A stretch of DNA of 62,249 nucleotides from Ignavibacteria bacterium (GTDB lineage Bacteria; Bacteroidota; Ignavibacteria; Palsa-1295), in the NCBI GenBank assembly GCA_013287605.1, contig JABDDM010000006.1:1-62249 (forward strand), read 5' to 3'. Shown in pieces: positions 10,613-19,244 of this stretch (the stretch's first letter is position 1; each line of letters begins with the position of its first letter). The translations under genes and the position numbers were made by a program. The notes below the pieces were generated by a model that did not search any database, had not been told where the DNA came from, and saw only the letters and a program-made list of their open reading frames with translations.

Positions 10613-12496
10613 TTATCTGACGACGACCAGTTGGCGGGTTATCTGTTCCGCTCCAATATGTGCGCTCAGATAATACACTCCATTCGGAAGCCCGAGCGAC
10701 TTGGCATCAAACTGCACCGCAAGTGTATTCCCAGCAGCGATGACTCTCGGCTCAACCGAATAAACCACCCGACCGAGCAAATCACGAACCTCAAGCTGCG
10801 CAAGACTTGCGCGTGATGCCTGAAGTGTGATCGTCGTCGAGTTGCGCGTAGGATTCGGCGTGATACTGAGTGAGTTGATCGCTCGAGTTGGTTCAACGCC
10901 TACGTGTGCTGTGTCCTTCCCATTTCCAGTCAGAGTGACAGTACGCAAGCTGTCCTTATGACCACCGAAATAGACCGTGAGAGTCGCGGTGTGCACGCCA
11001 ACTTTGGTTGTGGGTGCGAAGGTGATCGTTACGGCGCCAGTCGCTCCTTTTGCAAGATTGAAAGGTGTTACTGGTGCGGTGGTGAATGTGAAGTGAACCG
11101 CATCTCCAACTGTAACCTTTACGCTATCGACACGGACATCCGAGTCGGAAGGATTGGAGATTGTGATGGTTTGCTTGCTATTTTTTCCGAACAATACCGT
11201 TCCAAAATCAATCTGGGCCGTGCTGAGCGCGATATACTCATGCTTCGGCGGAGCAGCAGGTACACCTTGCATCCATACTGGATGCAGCGGCTGACGTTTG
11301 CCATCGCCCCACAATACCTGCGAACTTCCGCTGCTGACGGAGCCAATTCGCAATTTCGATTTCGAAAGATCGCCGTCGTCCAGAGCGGAGTGCGTGACAA
11401 AAATGATCGAATCGCTATTGCCGAGAAACATAATATCCCCGCCATTCCCACGCTGCCTTGCGGTCGAGACAACTTCTGAGTTTAGCCCATCGAAGAAATA
11501 TTCCGAGGTCGGAACCATCGATCTTGGAATGAGAGTACCGTCTGCGAGGAGCACTTGGGCATCATTATACCGATATGTCATCGTAAGCAGGTCACTTAAT
11601 GAATCCTTTGCAAGGATCACTTCTGCGACATCATTATCCTTCGCGCGAATTCCGAGCCCAAAATTGAAATCGCGTCGTGTGATGGCAAGATTGAACTTGG
11701 CGGTAATGTTGCTTAAAAAGCTCGTCGTTCGAAATACCTGTGTTGGGCCTGGCGGATGCGGCTCCCAGCGAATTGCGTGGAAATCAGGACCATTGATTTC
11801 ATTTCTAAGCTGATCGACTACTACGCCAATCATCACATTCCCGCCGGGACTGATGGCGAGGTTTGTCATGTGAAAATCCTCTTGAATCTGATGGGATGCG
11901 TCAGTCGGATATTCGACTGAATCAAGGTGCATAGCCGTGCCATCGTCATTCTCAGTAAGCAGCCCGTGATAAAACCAGAGAAACGGGCTACCAACCTGTG
12001 AGCCTGTCCAAGTTGCATACCAGTCGAGATCGTTCGAAGCGATCGCGCCGAGAGGGATCGAGAAATTGACCGAGCTAACCGTTGGAGAGATCCGCTTAAG
12101 AACGTTGAATTTGACGGCCAAATCGGAAAGAGTTCTCAGGACGAATGGAGAATCGAGTTTGATGATTGCATCGGCCGAATCCTGTAACGAAGTTACACGG
12201 TTCGGGAAGAGGAAATGACCAGCGATCATCAACGTCTTCCCGTTGCTCGTCGACGCGAGTACTGAGAGCTTTGAGACGGCTGTGATCGTCGTGGAGCCAA
12301 AGCCCCGAATAGTTGCGTTAACCGCGGCGGTATCAATGATCGCCGTGCTGTCCAGCTTTTGACCGTCTGTAAAAAATACCTTCGAATGATCCGATTTCAC
12401 AAACGCAACACGCGACGGCTGTGCACGGACCAAGCTAAATGCTAATATATTCAGCAGCACAAAAGCCGCCACAAGAGAATGCCTGAAAGAATTCAT
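10613..12496 (-). CDS. Secreted protein with ASH/choice-of-anchor-D Ig-like domain and T9SS C-terminal domain
   Basis: Signal peptide MNSFRHSLVAAF..VRA; IDFGTV..QTITISNP..ITFAP..VTLTGNG; CTD SITPNP..RDLLGRVV..LPNGVYYL..RQLVVVR. Confidence 0.85.
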   Translation of the reverse strand: MNSFRHSLVAAFVLLNILAFSLVRAQPSRVAFVKSDHSKVFFTDGQKLDSTAIIDTAAVNATIRGFGSTTITAVSKLSVLASTSNGKTLMIAGHFLFPNRVTSLQDSADAIIKLDSPFVLRTLSDLAVKFNVLKRISPTVSSVNFSIPLGAIASNDLDWYATWTGSQVGSPFLWFYHGLLTENDDGTAMHLDSVEYPTDASHQIQEDFHMTNLAISPGGNVMIGVVVDQLRNEINGPDFHAIRWEPHPPGPTQVFRTTSFLSNITAKFNLAITRRDFNFGLGIRAKDNDVAEVILAKDSLSDLLTMTYRYNDAQVLLADGTLIPRSMVPTSEYFFDGLNSEVVSTARQRGNGGDIMFLGNSDSIIFVTHSALDDGDLSKSKLRIGSVSSGSSQVLWGDGKRQPLHPVWMQGVPAAPPKHEYIALSTAQIDFGTVLFGKNSKQTITISNPSDSDVRVDSVKVTVGDAVHFTFTTAPVTPFNLAKGATGAVTITFAPTTKVGVHTATLTVYFGGHKDSLRTVTLTGNGKDTAHVGVEPTRAINSLSITPNPTRNSTTITLQASRASLAQLEVRDLLGRVVYSVEPRVIAAGNTLAVQFDAKSLGLPNGVYYLSAHIGAEQITRQLVVVR

Positions 12497-12755
12497 TGTC
12501 GTTTGAGGTTGATGTGACACGGCAGGCCAACCAATTTGCACTGACGCACCTTCCAAGGACTCTAAATTTACGAAGAATACCGGAGAAGATTTTCAAATGG
12601 GTGGACGACCCTGGACCAAGTCTCAAAAGATCGGTAGTGATCAACTTGGAATTGGATGATCCAGAAGTCAGTGGATGATCCGCTCTATTTGCCCCCCTCG
12701 AATTTTCAGCCTAAAAATGTCACGAGCTGCGATGTCGAACACGTTGATTCGCGTG

Positions 12756-12803
12756 TGTGAAAACTTTTTTCATGAACTTTGTTCTTTTTGATTCATTTTC
12801 GGC
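12756..12803. repeat. 48-bp dispersed intergenic element, copy 1
   Basis: TGTGAAAACTTTTTTCATGAA-CTTTGTT-CTTTTTGA-TTC-ATTTTC-GGC; 40/48 ungapped identity to 54497..54544. Confidence 0.8.
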
Positions 12804-12883
12804 AGTTCCGTATGGAAGATGAATCGAAAATTCATCAAAGGGTGCCCCATTCCTCCCTTCCGGCAGGGATCGACGAATTGTTT

Positions 12884-12926
12884 GTCTGAACTGTGATTTT
12901 TGTGATTTGGGTGATTCATATGATTC
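12884..12926. repeat. Nonamer-period TGATT tandem repeat preceded by GTCTGAACTG
   Basis: TGATT at 12894, 12903, 12912 and 12921, exact 9-nt spacing. Confidence 0.75.
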
Positions 12927-12977
12927 TCAGCTAGGCTGGTCAACCCGCCATGTTGACTCTGTCGAATGGGCTCGTTT

Positions 12978-13108
12978 GTAGGGGCACGCCGCGCGTGCCT
13001 AGAATCCTGGCTTTGTCTAGGAAGTCCGGCGCTAGGCTGGCAATCGTAAAATGCACCAACCCGTAGATTATCAGATGATTGAAGAGGGCACGCGCGGCGT
13101 GCCCCTAC
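12978..13108. repeat. Inverted pair of GTAG-type REP-like palindromes (REPIN-like doublet)
   Basis: GTAGGGGCACGCCGCGCGTGCC (12978-12999) and its exact reverse complement (13087-13108); each copy folds into a GGCACG/CGTGCC hairpin. Confidence 0.85.
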
Positions 13109-13272
13109 ATGAAACGATCCATTTGATGAGGATTTAGGAACCGAGACAAACAACATAATAAAACATAAAAGAATGTAAAAATGGTTCCAAATACCGTGTT
13201 AATTTGATCCGAAAATCCCGTTGGGCTTCAATGCCGTATTTTTGTTGACTATACCAATAATGAGCATAGCAA

Positions 13273-13932
13273 ATGACGCGAATCGCACTCATCGCTGACA
13301 GCGAGGTTGAGCCGGAATTAAAGGCATGGCTTGAATCAATCAATGACATCAAACTCTCTGCCTCGGATCCGGATATTCTGATGGATTTGCGATTCCTGGA
13401 GCAAGTCAGTCATATCGATAAGGCGATCAAGGCCCCTGTGGTCATCACCAGCCTCCTCACATCTGCAGTCACGAGTCGGACGAACTTTTACCCTGTCGGC
13501 ACAAAAGTGATCGGTGCTGCCATACTTCCTTTGCTGGTTAGCAATCAAAAAGTGATCGAGTGCGCAATTCCTTTTGGATCACAAATTTCTCAGGATGAAG
13601 TACGAAACGTCTTCGCGAAATTGGGCAAAGAGGTTGAGGTGATCGGTGATGCCATTGGCGGAGTATTCCCGAGAACCATAGCGATGATCATCAATGAAGC
13701 GGCATTTGCGCTTCAGGAAAACGTCGCGAGCGCAAGCGACATCGACGCCGCAATGAAGCTCGGTACCAACTACCCTGTCGGTCCACTGGCGCTTTGTGAT
13801 GAAATCGGCGCAAATACCGTTATTGCTATACTGGAAGCATTATCGCGGGAGTTTGGGGCCGATCGCTACCGTCCCGCCCCATTGCTTCGAAGATATGCAG
13901 AAGCCAACTTACAATTCAATCCGGCGAAATAG
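13273..13932 (+). CDS. 3-hydroxyacyl-CoA dehydrogenase C-terminal-domain protein (PaaH second-half-like)
   Basis: GGVFPRTIAMIINEAAFAL..DIDAAMKLGTNYPVGPL..RYRPAPLL; no GxGxxG NAD-binding motif. Confidence 0.8.
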   Translation: MTRIALIADSEVEPELKAWLESINDIKLSASDPDILMDLRFLEQVSHIDKAIKAPVVITSLLTSAVTSRTNFYPVGTKVIGAAILPLLVSNQKVIECAIPFGSQISQDEVRNVFAKLGKEVEVIGDAIGGVFPRTIAMIINEAAFALQENVASASDIDAAMKLGTNYPVGPLALCDEIGANTVIAILEALSREFGADRYRPAPLLRRYAEANLQFNPAK

Positions 13933-14001
13933 CTCATTCGCTCACGCCGTCGATTTCGTAGCTCAAACATAGATCATAGATCATAATTTTTACTTTCGCG
14001 A

Positions 14002-15201
14002 ATGCAAGCTTATATCATTTCATACTGTCGAACACCATTTGGAAAATATGGAGGAGCACTGAAAGATGTTCGGCCCGACGACATGGCTGCGATGGTAATG
14101 AAGGAAGCCGCGAGCCGCGCCGGAATTGAAGCCGCCGCGATCGATGATGTGATGTTCGGCTGCGCAAATCAGGCTGGCGAAGACAATCGCAATGTAGCAC
14201 GCATGGGGGCCTTGCTGGCGGGGTTTCCAGAGCGCGTGCCGGCTGTTACGATAAACAGATTGTGTGGGTCAAGCCTTGATGCAGTCATTCAGGCAAGTCG
14301 CGCGATCCAGGCGGGAGAAGCTGAGATCATTATCGCCGGCGGTGTCGAAAGCATGACGCGTGCGCCCTACTCTATTCCAAAGAATGTTTCAGGTGCAGCA
14401 CTCTTCGGTAATCTCACTGCCTACGACACTGCGCTTGGCTGGCGATATCCGAACCCGAAGATGGAAGCGATGTTCCCGCTCGAATCCATGGGCGAAACTG
14501 CGGAGAATGTTGCGGGTGATTGGAAAGTATCTCGCGAAGATCAGGATGCATTCGCATTCGAATCGCATCAACGCGCGATCAAGGCGCAGGAAGCTGGCAT
14601 CTACGATGACGAGATCATGCCCGTCGAAATTCCAACCAAGAAAGGCGAGTCTGTGCGCGTAACGAAAGACGAGCAGCCTCGGAAGGACACATCGATCGAA
14701 AAGCTCGCATCTCTTAAAGCAGTATTTCGCAAAGGCGGGTCGGTAACGGCAGGAAATTCAAGCAGTCTGAACGATGGAGCCAGCGCACTCTGCGTTGTCA
14801 GTGAGCGCGTATTGAAACAATTGAATGTCGAACCTCTTGGCCGTTATGTGGGCGGTGCAGCAGAAGGTCTATCTCCACGATGCATGGGTGTTGGGCCGGT
14901 GTTCGCGACTCGAAAACTTCTCGATCGACTCAAGTTGACGACGAAAGAAATCGATCTCATCGAGCTTAATGAAGCCTTTGCATCGCAAAGCCTCGCCGTG
15001 ATCCGTGAATTGAAACTCGATCCCGCAATCGTGAATCCGAATGGCGGAGCAATCGCGATCGGTCACCCGCTTGGTGCTTCAGGCGGAAGACTTGTCGGCA
15101 CCCTTCTTAATGAGATGAAGCGGCGTAACGTAAAGCGCGGGCTTGCCACAATGTGCATCGGCGTCGGACAAGGCATCGCGGCAATCTTCGAAAGAGACTG
15201 A
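14002..15201 (+). CDS. Thiolase (acetyl-CoA C-acyltransferase), PaaJ/PcaF-like
   Basis: [42 protein letters not shown]. Confidence 0.93.
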   Translation: MQAYIISYCRTPFGKYGGALKDVRPDDMAAMVMKEAASRAGIEAAAIDDVMFGCANQAGEDNRNVARMGALLAGFPERVPAVTINRLCGSSLDAVIQASRAIQAGEAEIIIAGGVESMTRAPYSIPKNVSGAALFGNLTAYDTALGWRYPNPKMEAMFPLESMGETAENVAGDWKVSREDQDAFAFESHQRAIKAQEAGIYDDEIMPVEIPTKKGESVRVTKDEQPRKDTSIEKLASLKAVFRKGGSVTAGNSSSLNDGASALCVVSERVLKQLNVEPLGRYVGGAAEGLSPRCMGVGPVFATRKLLDRLKLTTKEIDLIELNEAFASQSLAVIRELKLDPAIVNPNGGAIAIGHPLGASGGRLVGTLLNEMKRRNVKRGLATMCIGVGQGIAAIFERD

Positions 15202-15216
15202 GGAGCAGTTCGTTCG

Positions 15217-16884
15217 CTATCGCACGTGCATTAATCGAACCGAAATACCAAATCCCATTGACTCAACCCGCACCGAGTATAGCCCGGAAGGCAGCGAAGA
15301 TGTGTTGATCACCGCGGAATGTGCAGGACTGAGTTCGTCAGTCATCTGGCTTCGCATCACTCCCATGACATCATAAATCGAAATTGCAACTTCACCAAGA
15401 TCGGTATCGGAATGCAATGATGTAAGACCGGAAGCAGGATTCGGTACAATTGAAAGTGCGGGCAATTTGTGATATCTGAGATAGTCACTGAGCGTTGGTG
15501 TGCCGCATCCAGGCTTTGAACAAATCGTCGCGGTGAACGAGGGATTCATTGAAGCACAAGTTGAGCCCTTTCCAATCGTCAAGTTGACCGAATCGAACAA
15601 CACTTGGGTGCATGGTGTGTTCTTCGGAAAGATTTGGAATTCTGCGTAGCCGATGACGCTGTCTTGCGGGGCAATCATCGTGGTATCAAAATGAAGTCTT
15701 GCGAATCCGGAGGAGCGAGAGGTTGTCAAATCCGTTGCGCCATTTGGTTGATACGTGCCTTGATAAACGAGCATTGAAGTATCGAAGTGCAGCGAGAGAT
15801 CGAAAGGACTCGAAGCTGTCACTACACTCGATTTAATGGGTACAAAGACCACATTACCTATTGTGTCGTTTTCGATATTCGCTGTTGAAAGCAGGGTCAT
15901 CGATGCTGATCCACTGACAAGCTCACCCCCACTATTCGTTGTTCGCCAGATGTTCCCATCGGCGTCCGCTGCGATGATCATATTATCATTAATCGCAACG
16001 AGCAAGCGTGTATCCCACTGATTACTAGGTCCACCGATGTTCTTCCACGTCAGGCCACGATCTGTCGAACGATAGATTCCATCAGACATCGCCTGTACAT
16101 ACGCGGCATTTGGCGAGAGGCTTACGGAGCCACAAAGGAATGGGATCGCAGCGATCAAGGGAGAAGTCCAGGTGTTGCCTAGATCGCTTGAACGATAGAT
16201 CTGTGAAGTGTTGTCCGTTCGGGATATCCAATTCTCACTTGGATAGTAAATCAGATTGGGATCACATGAATCAATGGCAAAGCTATAGGAATCGTCATGG
16301 ATCGTGCCTGAAGTTGGTTTCCAGGTAAGTCCGAAATCTTGGGTAGAAAAAATTTTACCATCAGATTGAGAGAGGAAACTCCCGCTCTTTACATAGACCA
16401 TATTCGACCAATAACGGGATGGTCCGCCATACTGCCAACTCGTACCGGCGTCGGTCGATATTGCATTGCGCCCGGATACTGGGCTTAGAGCGATGATCGT
16501 CGGGGAATTGCCAAAGCAAGCATCAGTAGTATAATTGTGGGTCAAGTTGCTCCATGTTACTCCCTGATCCTGAGTGAGCCAAGCCCCATCGAAGCCGGCT
16601 ACCAGACCATGCTGGCGGTCGAAGAACTGGATGTCATACGGTGCAACGGACCAGGGTATGTTTTGACATGGTTTCGACCAACTCTTTCCGGAATCCGTCG
16701 ACATATAGAGATTCTCTGTAACTAGCCAGAGAATTCTGTCTCTGAATGAGATAGCATAGTGGGCGACGCTGCCTTTGTGCGGAGGAAAGAGATTGGGCGC
16801 GATGTTCGTCCATTGGGCGTGCAAGCTCCCCGAGACAGGAGCAAACGATAGTGCAAACCAGATAAAGAGGGAGAATTTTTTCAT
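15217..16884 (-). CDS. Secreted BNR/Asp-box beta-propeller protein with cohesin-like domain and T9SS CTD
   Basis: Signal MKKFSLFIWF..LHA; repeated STDSGKSW/TQDQGVTW/STDAGTSW/SSDLGNTW/STDRGLTW boxes; CTD SIVPNPAS..IYDVMG..LPSGLYSV. Confidence 0.85.
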   Translation of the reverse strand: MKKFSLFIWFALSFAPVSGSLHAQWTNIAPNLFPPHKGSVAHYAISFRDRILWLVTENLYMSTDSGKSWSKPCQNIPWSVAPYDIQFFDRQHGLVAGFDGAWLTQDQGVTWSNLTHNYTTDACFGNSPTIIALSPVSGRNAISTDAGTSWQYGGPSRYWSNMVYVKSGSFLSQSDGKIFSTQDFGLTWKPTSGTIHDDSYSFAIDSCDPNLIYYPSENWISRTDNTSQIYRSSDLGNTWTSPLIAAIPFLCGSVSLSPNAAYVQAMSDGIYRSTDRGLTWKNIGGPSNQWDTRLLVAINDNMIIAADADGNIWRTTNSGGELVSGSASMTLLSTANIENDTIGNVVFVPIKSSVVTASSPFDLSLHFDTSMLVYQGTYQPNGATDLTTSRSSGFARLHFDTTMIAPQDSVIGYAEFQIFPKNTPCTQVLFDSVNLTIGKGSTCASMNPSFTATICSKPGCGTPTLSDYLRYHKLPALSIVPNPASGLTSLHSDTDLGEVAISIYDVMGVMRSQMTDELSPAHSAVINTSSLPSGLYSVRVESMGFGISVRLMHVR

Positions 16885-17000
16885 CGACAATCCAATCATC
16901 CGGCAAACGATAGTAAAAAGTTGCAAGTGCCATGGAGTACTCAGTGTGCTAACCCTCGATCGCGAAGAACGTTGCGCGATGCCTGGCTGATGATAAATAC

Positions 17001-17045
17001 GAGTTATAGGAGTTATATGTCCTATAGGACTCATAAGTCCCATGT
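17001..17045. repeat. Degenerate nonamer tandem repeat (5 units)
   Basis: GAGTTATAG GAGTTATAT GTCCTATAG GACTCATAA GTCCCATGT in a divergent intergenic region. Confidence 0.7.
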
Positions 17046-17169
17046 CAGAAGACTCTGTTGGCATAGTTATCAAACCCTGAAAGAAGGCGGCTTCCGGCTT
17101 TATGGATGAGCGAAGAAAGTGAGTCGGTAGGTTTCTGCCGGCAAAATCATTTGTAACGACCTGGGAAAA

Positions 17170-17202
17170 TTTGCGTTATCCTTATGCGGTGTCGTATATT
17201 TG
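17170..17202 (+). promoter_or_regulatory. Bacteroidota-type housekeeping promoter
   Basis: TTTG-N21-TATATTTG, a full match to the -33/-7 consensus, 20 nt before ATG 17223. Confidence 0.7.
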
Positions 17203-17222
17203 GAGTCGGTAAGTCCAAGTCA

Positions 17223-17660
17223 ATGAAGAAAACTCTCCTAGTAACTGCCTTTTTGCTCGTAGCGACCAGTGTCGCAGTCGCTGATTTCTCTGGTGTCATC
17301 CAAAGCTTTACGGCCCATACAGACGGCGATGTCATTTCGATTGACTGGCGCTCTGGTGTCGAGAGCGGAGTGAAGTCGTTCGTCATCGAACGCAGTGATG
17401 TTGGTACTTCATCTTTTTTGCAGATAGGAACGGTCCCGGCTAGTGGAAATTATTCGAGTTATCACTTTAAGGACTCACATGTCTCAGGCGCGAATCCCTC
17501 AAGTCAGAGCAGTCCGAAAACTCCGGCAGCCGATCTTTATAAGTACCGCCTTCAGATCACCCTCGACAACGCTGTTAGTTATTCTCCAACGATTTTCGTG
17601 ACGCGGCCTTCCTCCGGCGTTCGTCGCACCTGGGGAATGATCAAAGAGATGTTCCATTGA
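17223..17660 (+). CDS. Small secreted Fn3/Ig-like protein with C-terminal TWGMIKEMFH motif
   Basis: Signal MKKTLLVTAFLLVATSVAVA; VISIDW..FVIERS..YHFKD..YKYRL beta-sandwich pattern; ends SSGVRRTWGMIKEMFH. Confidence 0.8.
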   Translation: MKKTLLVTAFLLVATSVAVADFSGVIQSFTAHTDGDVISIDWRSGVESGVKSFVIERSDVGTSSFLQIGTVPASGNYSSYHFKDSHVSGANPSSQSSPKTPAADLYKYRLQITLDNAVSYSPTIFVTRPSSGVRRTWGMIKEMFH

Positions 17661-17752
17661 TCTGAGATTGGTGAATTAAGAATTGTGAAATTCTTGATCC
17701 ACAGATTCCTTCCTCATAAACCCCACTCCGCATTACACGCTGATCTTTTTGC

Positions 17753-18343
17753 ATGCGACTAATTCTTGCATCGCAATCGCCCAGACGTGCGCACCTGATT
17801 CGGTTGCTCGGGATCAAGAATGTTTCGATCATTCCCAGCGATGTCGATGAATCGCTCGAAAACCTGTTAACCGCCGAAGGAACGGTGATCGAACTCGCGT
17901 TGCGCAAGGCTCGGGCATTACGGGATAAGGTCGTTAGTCACTCGATCATCCTCGGCGCAGATACGATCGTCGTGCTCGACGATATGATCCTCGGCAAGCC
18001 GGCTGACCCGGACGAAGCTGTAAGCATGCTCCATCAACTTAGCGGCAGAACGCACACAGTCTATACTGGCGTAGCACTTGTCGACACTTCCACGAATGAG
18101 GAACGTCACTTTGTCGAGCACACGGATGTAACCTTTCGCGCGCTTGGATCCGAAGAAATAGAGAGTTATGTCGCAACGGGTGCTCCACTCGACAAGGCTG
18201 GCGCGTATGGGATTCAGGAAGATTTCGGCGCGGTCTTCGTGAGCAGGATCGATGGCGATTATTATAACGTCGTCGGACTTCCCCTTTGCTCACTCTACCA
18301 GCACTTGAAGCAATTTTCTCCTGAGTTGTTTCTTGAAGCGTAA
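17753..18343 (+). CDS. maf: Maf family nucleotide pyrophosphatase
   Basis: ILASQSPRR, GADTIV, DKAGAYGIQ, NVVGLP. Confidence 0.95.
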   Translation: MRLILASQSPRRAHLIRLLGIKNVSIIPSDVDESLENLLTAEGTVIELALRKARALRDKVVSHSIILGADTIVVLDDMILGKPADPDEAVSMLHQLSGRTHTVYTGVALVDTSTNEERHFVEHTDVTFRALGSEEIESYVATGAPLDKAGAYGIQEDFGAVFVSRIDGDYYNVVGLPLCSLYQHLKQFSPELFLEA

Positions 18344-18352
18344 CTTCGCACT

Positions 18353-19237
18353 ATGCGGCGAAAGCATCCACAGTTTGGTTCGACACTCATACTCCTCTCA
18401 CCGTGGCTCCTTGCCTTCGCGCTCTTTTGGGCATACCCACTCGTCTACGCGTTCATTCTTTCCTTCACAAAATATCGCACGTTAAACAACGAATGGATCT
18501 GGATCGGGCTTGCGAATTATACGAAGCTGCTGCACGACCCGCTCTTTTGGCAGGCAATGCTCAACACATCCATTTTTGTGATTGGTACAATCCCATTTAC
18601 AATGGGCTTCGCGCTGCTCTTCGCAGTGATGCTAAGTCAGGTTGATCGCTTCAAAGACCTCTATCGCTCTTCGCTGTTCCTGCCAAGTATCACCTCGATC
18701 ATCGTGATTGCGCTGATCTATACGAATCTTTATAGTCCAGGCGGCTATATCAACACGCTTCTGAAAATGGTCGGTATCTCACCGCCGAAAAGAGGCTGGC
18801 TGCTTGAGCCAGGCTGGGCGCTGCCGGCTGTAATGGCGATGGATATTTGGATCTCGATAGGTTATTATGCTGTCCTGTTTCTGGCAGCGATCGAGAACGT
18901 CCCGAAGGATTATTATGAAGTGGCTGATCTTGAGGGCACATCAAAATGGCAGCAGTTCATTTCGATCACGTTGCCCGTGATAAAACCGACGCTCCTCTTT
19001 GCGATCGTGCTGAACACGATACGGAGCTTCCAGATCTTTAATGAAATCTATGTGATGACTCGCGGCGGCCCTCTCAATCGTACGCAAACGCTGGTGTATG
19101 CGGTCTACGAGAATGCCTTCGAAAAAGCCGATAGCATGGGCTATGCCTGCGCCATTGCTTATGTCTTATTCTTCATCATCGCAATTTTTAGCGCAGCCGA
19201 GATCCGGTTCTTGCGCGCGGAGCCGAAGCGGACTTAA
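18353..19237 (+). CDS. Carbohydrate ABC transporter permease (MalF-like)
   Basis: Six TM segments; GLANY..LLHDPLFW; EAA loop YYEVADLEGTSKWQQFISITLP; MTRGGP. Confidence 0.9.
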   Translation: MRRKHPQFGSTLILLSPWLLAFALFWAYPLVYAFILSFTKYRTLNNEWIWIGLANYTKLLHDPLFWQAMLNTSIFVIGTIPFTMGFALLFAVMLSQVDRFKDLYRSSLFLPSITSIIVIALIYTNLYSPGGYINTLLKMVGISPPKRGWLLEPGWALPAVMAMDIWISIGYYAVLFLAAIENVPKDYYEVADLEGTSKWQQFISITLPVIKPTLLFAIVLNTIRSFQIFNEIYVMTRGGPLNRTQTLVYAVYENAFEKADSMGYACAIAYVLFFIIAIFSAAEIRFLRAEPKRT

Positions 19238-19244
19238 AAGTTGG

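Noticed and set aside
12770-13156. 128-aa minus-strand ORF
   Set aside because: It is a translation of the REP doublet and nonamer repeats (NHMNHPNHKNH); no protein-like features.
16885-17073. N-terminal extension of the 618-aa ORF
   Set aside because: It runs through the nonamer repeat; the signal peptide starts at ATG 16884.
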